DNA of 36,177 nucleotides from a virus (Duplodnaviria; Heunggongvirae; Uroviricota; Caudoviricetes): IMG/VR virus record IMGVR_UViG_3300025133_006513, positions 117,289 to 153,465 of that record; one strand, 5' to 3'. Shown piece by piece: positions 33,674 to 36,177 of this stretch (position 1 is its first letter; each line of letters starts with the position of its first letter). The notes under the pieces were generated by a model. It saw only the letters and a program-made list of their open reading frames with translations, ran no database searches and was not told where the DNA came from. The position numbers and the translations under genes were made by a program.

Positions 33674-33937
33674 TACGTGCCTGGGGCACGGCTCGTAAGG
33701 GTTCCTCTAGACGAAGGAGGTGCATCATCGCACATCCGAACGACCCTCGTAACATCGAGGGACAGGTCACGGACTTCCAAAGGGAAGTCGGCGGCTTTGG
33801 TGTCTGTGAATCGCAGGCTGCCAATGAAGCCGCTACGCAGACCTTTGATTTCGAAGATTACCAGGACCAATAGTCCTGGGCTCCGGCGTGAGGGTAAACA
33901 CGTAAATAATTCAACGGTCGCCATGGTGCGATCGCCT

Positions 33938-33969
33938 AAGCCCCGGTGTGTTGCAGCGCCGGGGCTTTT
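33938..33969 (+). terminator. Rho-independent terminator
   Basis: agccccggtg...cgccggggct-ttt. Confidence 0.75.
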
Positions 33970-34005
33970 GTATTTCTGCAACAACCTGCAACAAGGAGGA
34001 TTCAA

Positions 34006-34215
34006 ATGTTGGATCGCACAATCAACTTCGGTACGGTCGCTCTGCGATCGGACCTGGTATTCGGGTGTTTAGTCCACTCGGAGAACGGCTGGGTGCCATT
34101 CTCGAGTGGCAGTCCTGAGGAACAAGCATGGGTTCGTCAACAGGTGCAAGGGCACCCGTTCGAACAAATGCTCTCCGATACCATGCGAGAGCATGTGTTC
34201 GGAGCTACGGCTTAA
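34006..34215 (+). CDS. Small hypothetical protein
   Basis: AAGGAGG RBS before ATG 34006; flanked by terminators. Confidence 0.75.
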   Translation: MLDRTINFGTVALRSDLVFGCLVHSENGWVPFSSGSPEEQAWVRQQVQGHPFEQMLSDTMREHVFGATA

Positions 34216-34218
34216 ACT

Positions 34219-34248
34219 AAAAGACTCCCACGTGGGGGTCTTTTTTTA
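34219..34248 (+). terminator. Rho-independent terminator
   Basis: aaaagactccc-acgt-gggggtctttttt. Confidence 0.85.
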
Positions 34249-34366
34249 GCCATCAGACTTTGTTCAGCTGAACAAGATTGCCCCTTAAAAACCACTGTTT
34301 ACCCGGCATGTTAATATGGTGCTGTTATCATTCTGGTAGCAGGCTGTTACTCGAAAGGAGTTCGTT

Positions 34367-34681
34367 ATGAGTGCAATCACACCAAGACAGTCGATCGCTC
34401 TTGTTCTTATTGTGGAGCTTGCTGTAGCTCCGCGCGAAGAGCAGGAAGATTTTATGCAGTGTGCAGGCATGCCACTGGTCGAGCGAGCTGAGCTCGCTAC
34501 ATGTGCCTTACCGGCTGTTCGCCGGTATTTCACAGAGAGGCCAGACATGGCCCCTCTAGCGCTACCTAACGTGGTAGCGTTTGTCAGTCTGATGCTCGAA
34601 GGTAAGAATGATACATACAGTATCATCAACGAGTACGTCGAGCTAGTGAGGGAGCTGGGATGCCAACACCTGAACAACTAG
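34367..34681 (+). CDS. Hypothetical protein
   Basis: AAGGAG RBS. Confidence 0.75.
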   Translation: MSAITPRQSIALVLIVELAVAPREEQEDFMQCAGMPLVERAELATCALPAVRRYFTERPDMAPLALPNVVAFVSLMLEGKNDTYSIINEYVELVRELGCQHLNN

Positions 34682-34983
34682 CCGACGCGACACTATTACA
34701 AAAAGGGGCACGACTGCCCCACTGTATCCAAGCTGCTCGGCTGGATGTCATCTACGACATCCCGTTGGAGCATCGCCTGCGTCTCGCCAAGAGTGGGACA
34801 GCAGGCATCCTTGAGGGCTGCCTCGAGGAAGGTTGGACATGGCAGCAGGTCATTGCAGAGCTGCATGCTCTGTTTGACTTCATTGTCAACTGGCTCGCTG
34901 ATCCGCGGGCTAAAGACTCCATGCACCTCGCGATGGAGTATCATGCGTGGCTGGGCGAAGAGCAGCGACGTTTGATGCCCTAG
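34660..34983 (+). CDS. Hypothetical protein
   Basis: GGGAG RBS, overlaps upstream stop. Confidence 0.7.
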   Translation: MPTPEQLADATLLQKGARLPHCIQAARLDVIYDIPLEHRLRLAKSGTAGILEGCLEEGWTWQQVIAELHALFDFIVNWLADPRAKDSMHLAMEYHAWLGEEQRRLMP

Positions 34984-34989
34984 CGGGGG

Positions 34990-35020
34990 AAGAAGATCCT
35001 CACATGGGGGTCTTTTTTTA
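34990..35020 (+). terminator. Rho-independent terminator
   Basis: aagatcctca-cat-gggggtctttttt; similar to 34219-34248. Confidence 0.75.
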
Positions 35021-35032
35021 TCTATCAGAGAT

Positions 35033-35866
35033 ATGTACACTACCTCCATGCATAATACACAAGCGAATTTGTTTGAACATGCTGAGCAAGAGGCCAAGGA
35101 AGCCCAGGAGCGTAAGGTCGGTAAGTATCTCCAGCTGATGAACATGCACGTCATCTCTGAGGAAACTACCGTCAAATGCGTAATGGGCGATGCGTGGACT
35201 CAAGAGGCTGCAAATGCACAGCAAGAGCAAGCCGCGCACATCCAGCGGAGTATCCTCGAAGACCCGGATAACCCGTTCGCGAATATGACTGCCACAGGCA
35301 CGCCTCGTAGCAACACCAGTCTGCTAAGTGACTACATCATGACGCCAACGTATGATGTTGCACCATCTACGGCGGCACCGCGAGAGCTCCAGTCATATGA
35401 CGACATGGTCGATGCACAACTGTTGGGTATGCCCATTGCCCCGATGCCCACGCCTTATGTGCCTCCAAACCCCACTCCGCTGCCGCCGGTAGAGTCACTG
35501 CCGTTGTCTGCGCTTATGTCTCCTGAGGCCCAAGAGAGTGTCAACGCCTACACTCGCAGGCGTATGCGAGAGGATGAATTCTTACGCCAGTACCGTCACG
35601 TACCGCCGATATCTAATACGTATCTGTCTAGGGATGACGCAGCTGCCGCTGGTAGCTATACGCAGCAGTACTTGAACTTCATATCCGAGACACAGGGTGA
35701 GTTCTATTCATCAGCGATCGGTGAGCCACATATCCCTGATGCACCGCCCAGGCCTAATCGGAATGAGGAGGTGTTCTTTCCTCCTGAACGTATCAGGCCC
35801 TTCTATGTCGACACGCCCACTATTCAGCACGATACCCCTGACTGGGCCGTAGACGACGGTAATTAA
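35033..35866 (+). CDS. Hypothetical Pro-rich, likely disordered protein
   Basis: 277 aa ORF; no family recognised. Confidence 0.7.
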   Translation: MYTTSMHNTQANLFEHAEQEAKEAQERKVGKYLQLMNMHVISEETTVKCVMGDAWTQEAANAQQEQAAHIQRSILEDPDNPFANMTATGTPRSNTSLLSDYIMTPTYDVAPSTAAPRELQSYDDMVDAQLLGMPIAPMPTPYVPPNPTPLPPVESLPLSALMSPEAQESVNAYTRRRMREDEFLRQYRHVPPISNTYLSRDDAAAAGSYTQQYLNFISETQGEFYSSAIGEPHIPDAPPRPNRNEEVFFPPERIRPFYVDTPTIQHDTPDWAVDDGN

Positions 35867-35930
35867 GAGCACGGCATAATCTGGCATTTAAGGGTGATGC
35901 GTACCATTACCCTTTCTAAAGGAGAGTCAG

Positions 35931-36143
35931 ATGAAGTATAGGCCAGGCGAGATCAAGGCCCGTGACCAGTTATGCACTGCGTGTGCAACTGTAACAGCAA
36001 TCACCGTACTTAATTTCATATGTTGCTGGTTTGCAGCTGCTTGGTGGTGGGGTGACGCCCTCACCATCATATGGATGCTGCCCCTCAGTCTGTTTACACC
36101 GATATTCGCAGCTCTTGTGTTTTGCACAGCTGTAAAACCTTAA
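35931..36143 (+). CDS. Small two-TM membrane protein
   Basis: AAAGGAG RBS; two hydrophobic segments. Confidence 0.7.
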   Translation: MKYRPGEIKARDQLCTACATVTAITVLNFICCWFAAAWWWGDALTIIWMLPLSLFTPIFAALVFCTAVKP

Positions 36144-36177
36144 CCCTATTGGAGTATGAAGCTATGACCACGTTTGA

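Noticed and set aside
33583-34072. Overlapping ORFs 33583-33873, 33677-34072 and 33670-34005(-)
   Set aside because: An RBS-like GAAGGAGG at ~33714 has no standard start codon in a convincing frame; a small gene ending at 33873 is possible but I cannot support it
1-36177. Integrase, transposase, rRNA, tRNA, terminase or major capsid genes
   Set aside because: No supporting motifs seen in this window

Overview
This window looks like part of a large, gene-dense dsDNA tailed-phage genome (possibly a jumbo phage; host not determinable here). Almost all genes are on the + strand in tightly coupled operons punctuated by rho-independent terminators. Recognisable genes: a YhcG/DUF1016 N-terminal-like protein, two glycosyltransferase-like proteins, peptide deformylase, an HhH-GPD DNA glycosylase, a DEDDh exonuclease, a RuvC-like resolvase, a probable portal with a Zn-finger insertion, a SEC-C motif protein, a deoxyhypusine-synthase-like protein, an HD phosphohydrolase and a possible nucleotidyltransferase. 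The outstanding element is a ~3.5 kb cassette (27013-30499). It holds a Cas7/RAMP-like gene, an accessory gene and a CRISPR-like array of 15 covarying 39-nt hairpin repeats, split 12+3 by a small ribbon-helix-helix gene. The 16 intervening segments are not ordinary spacers: each is built in a strict 5-nt register of a near-constant triplet (TGY) plus a variable dinucleotide (NN). This suggests an RNA-guided system reading a non-contiguous (gapped) target code. It resembles my recollection of recently reported phage VIPR systems (GGY/NN), but here with TGY/NN and CRISPR-like repeats. No cas1/2/3/6/9/10 is visible in the window. The cassette is bracketed by a ~52-bp direct repeat. Other notable signals are an RxPR(K/H/R)IRL peptide motif shared by four unrelated proteins, a five-fold helical repeat protein, a probably inactive PolB-type exonuclease and several hairpin-dense intergenic regions. 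All family calls are by eye from motifs; no database searches were run.
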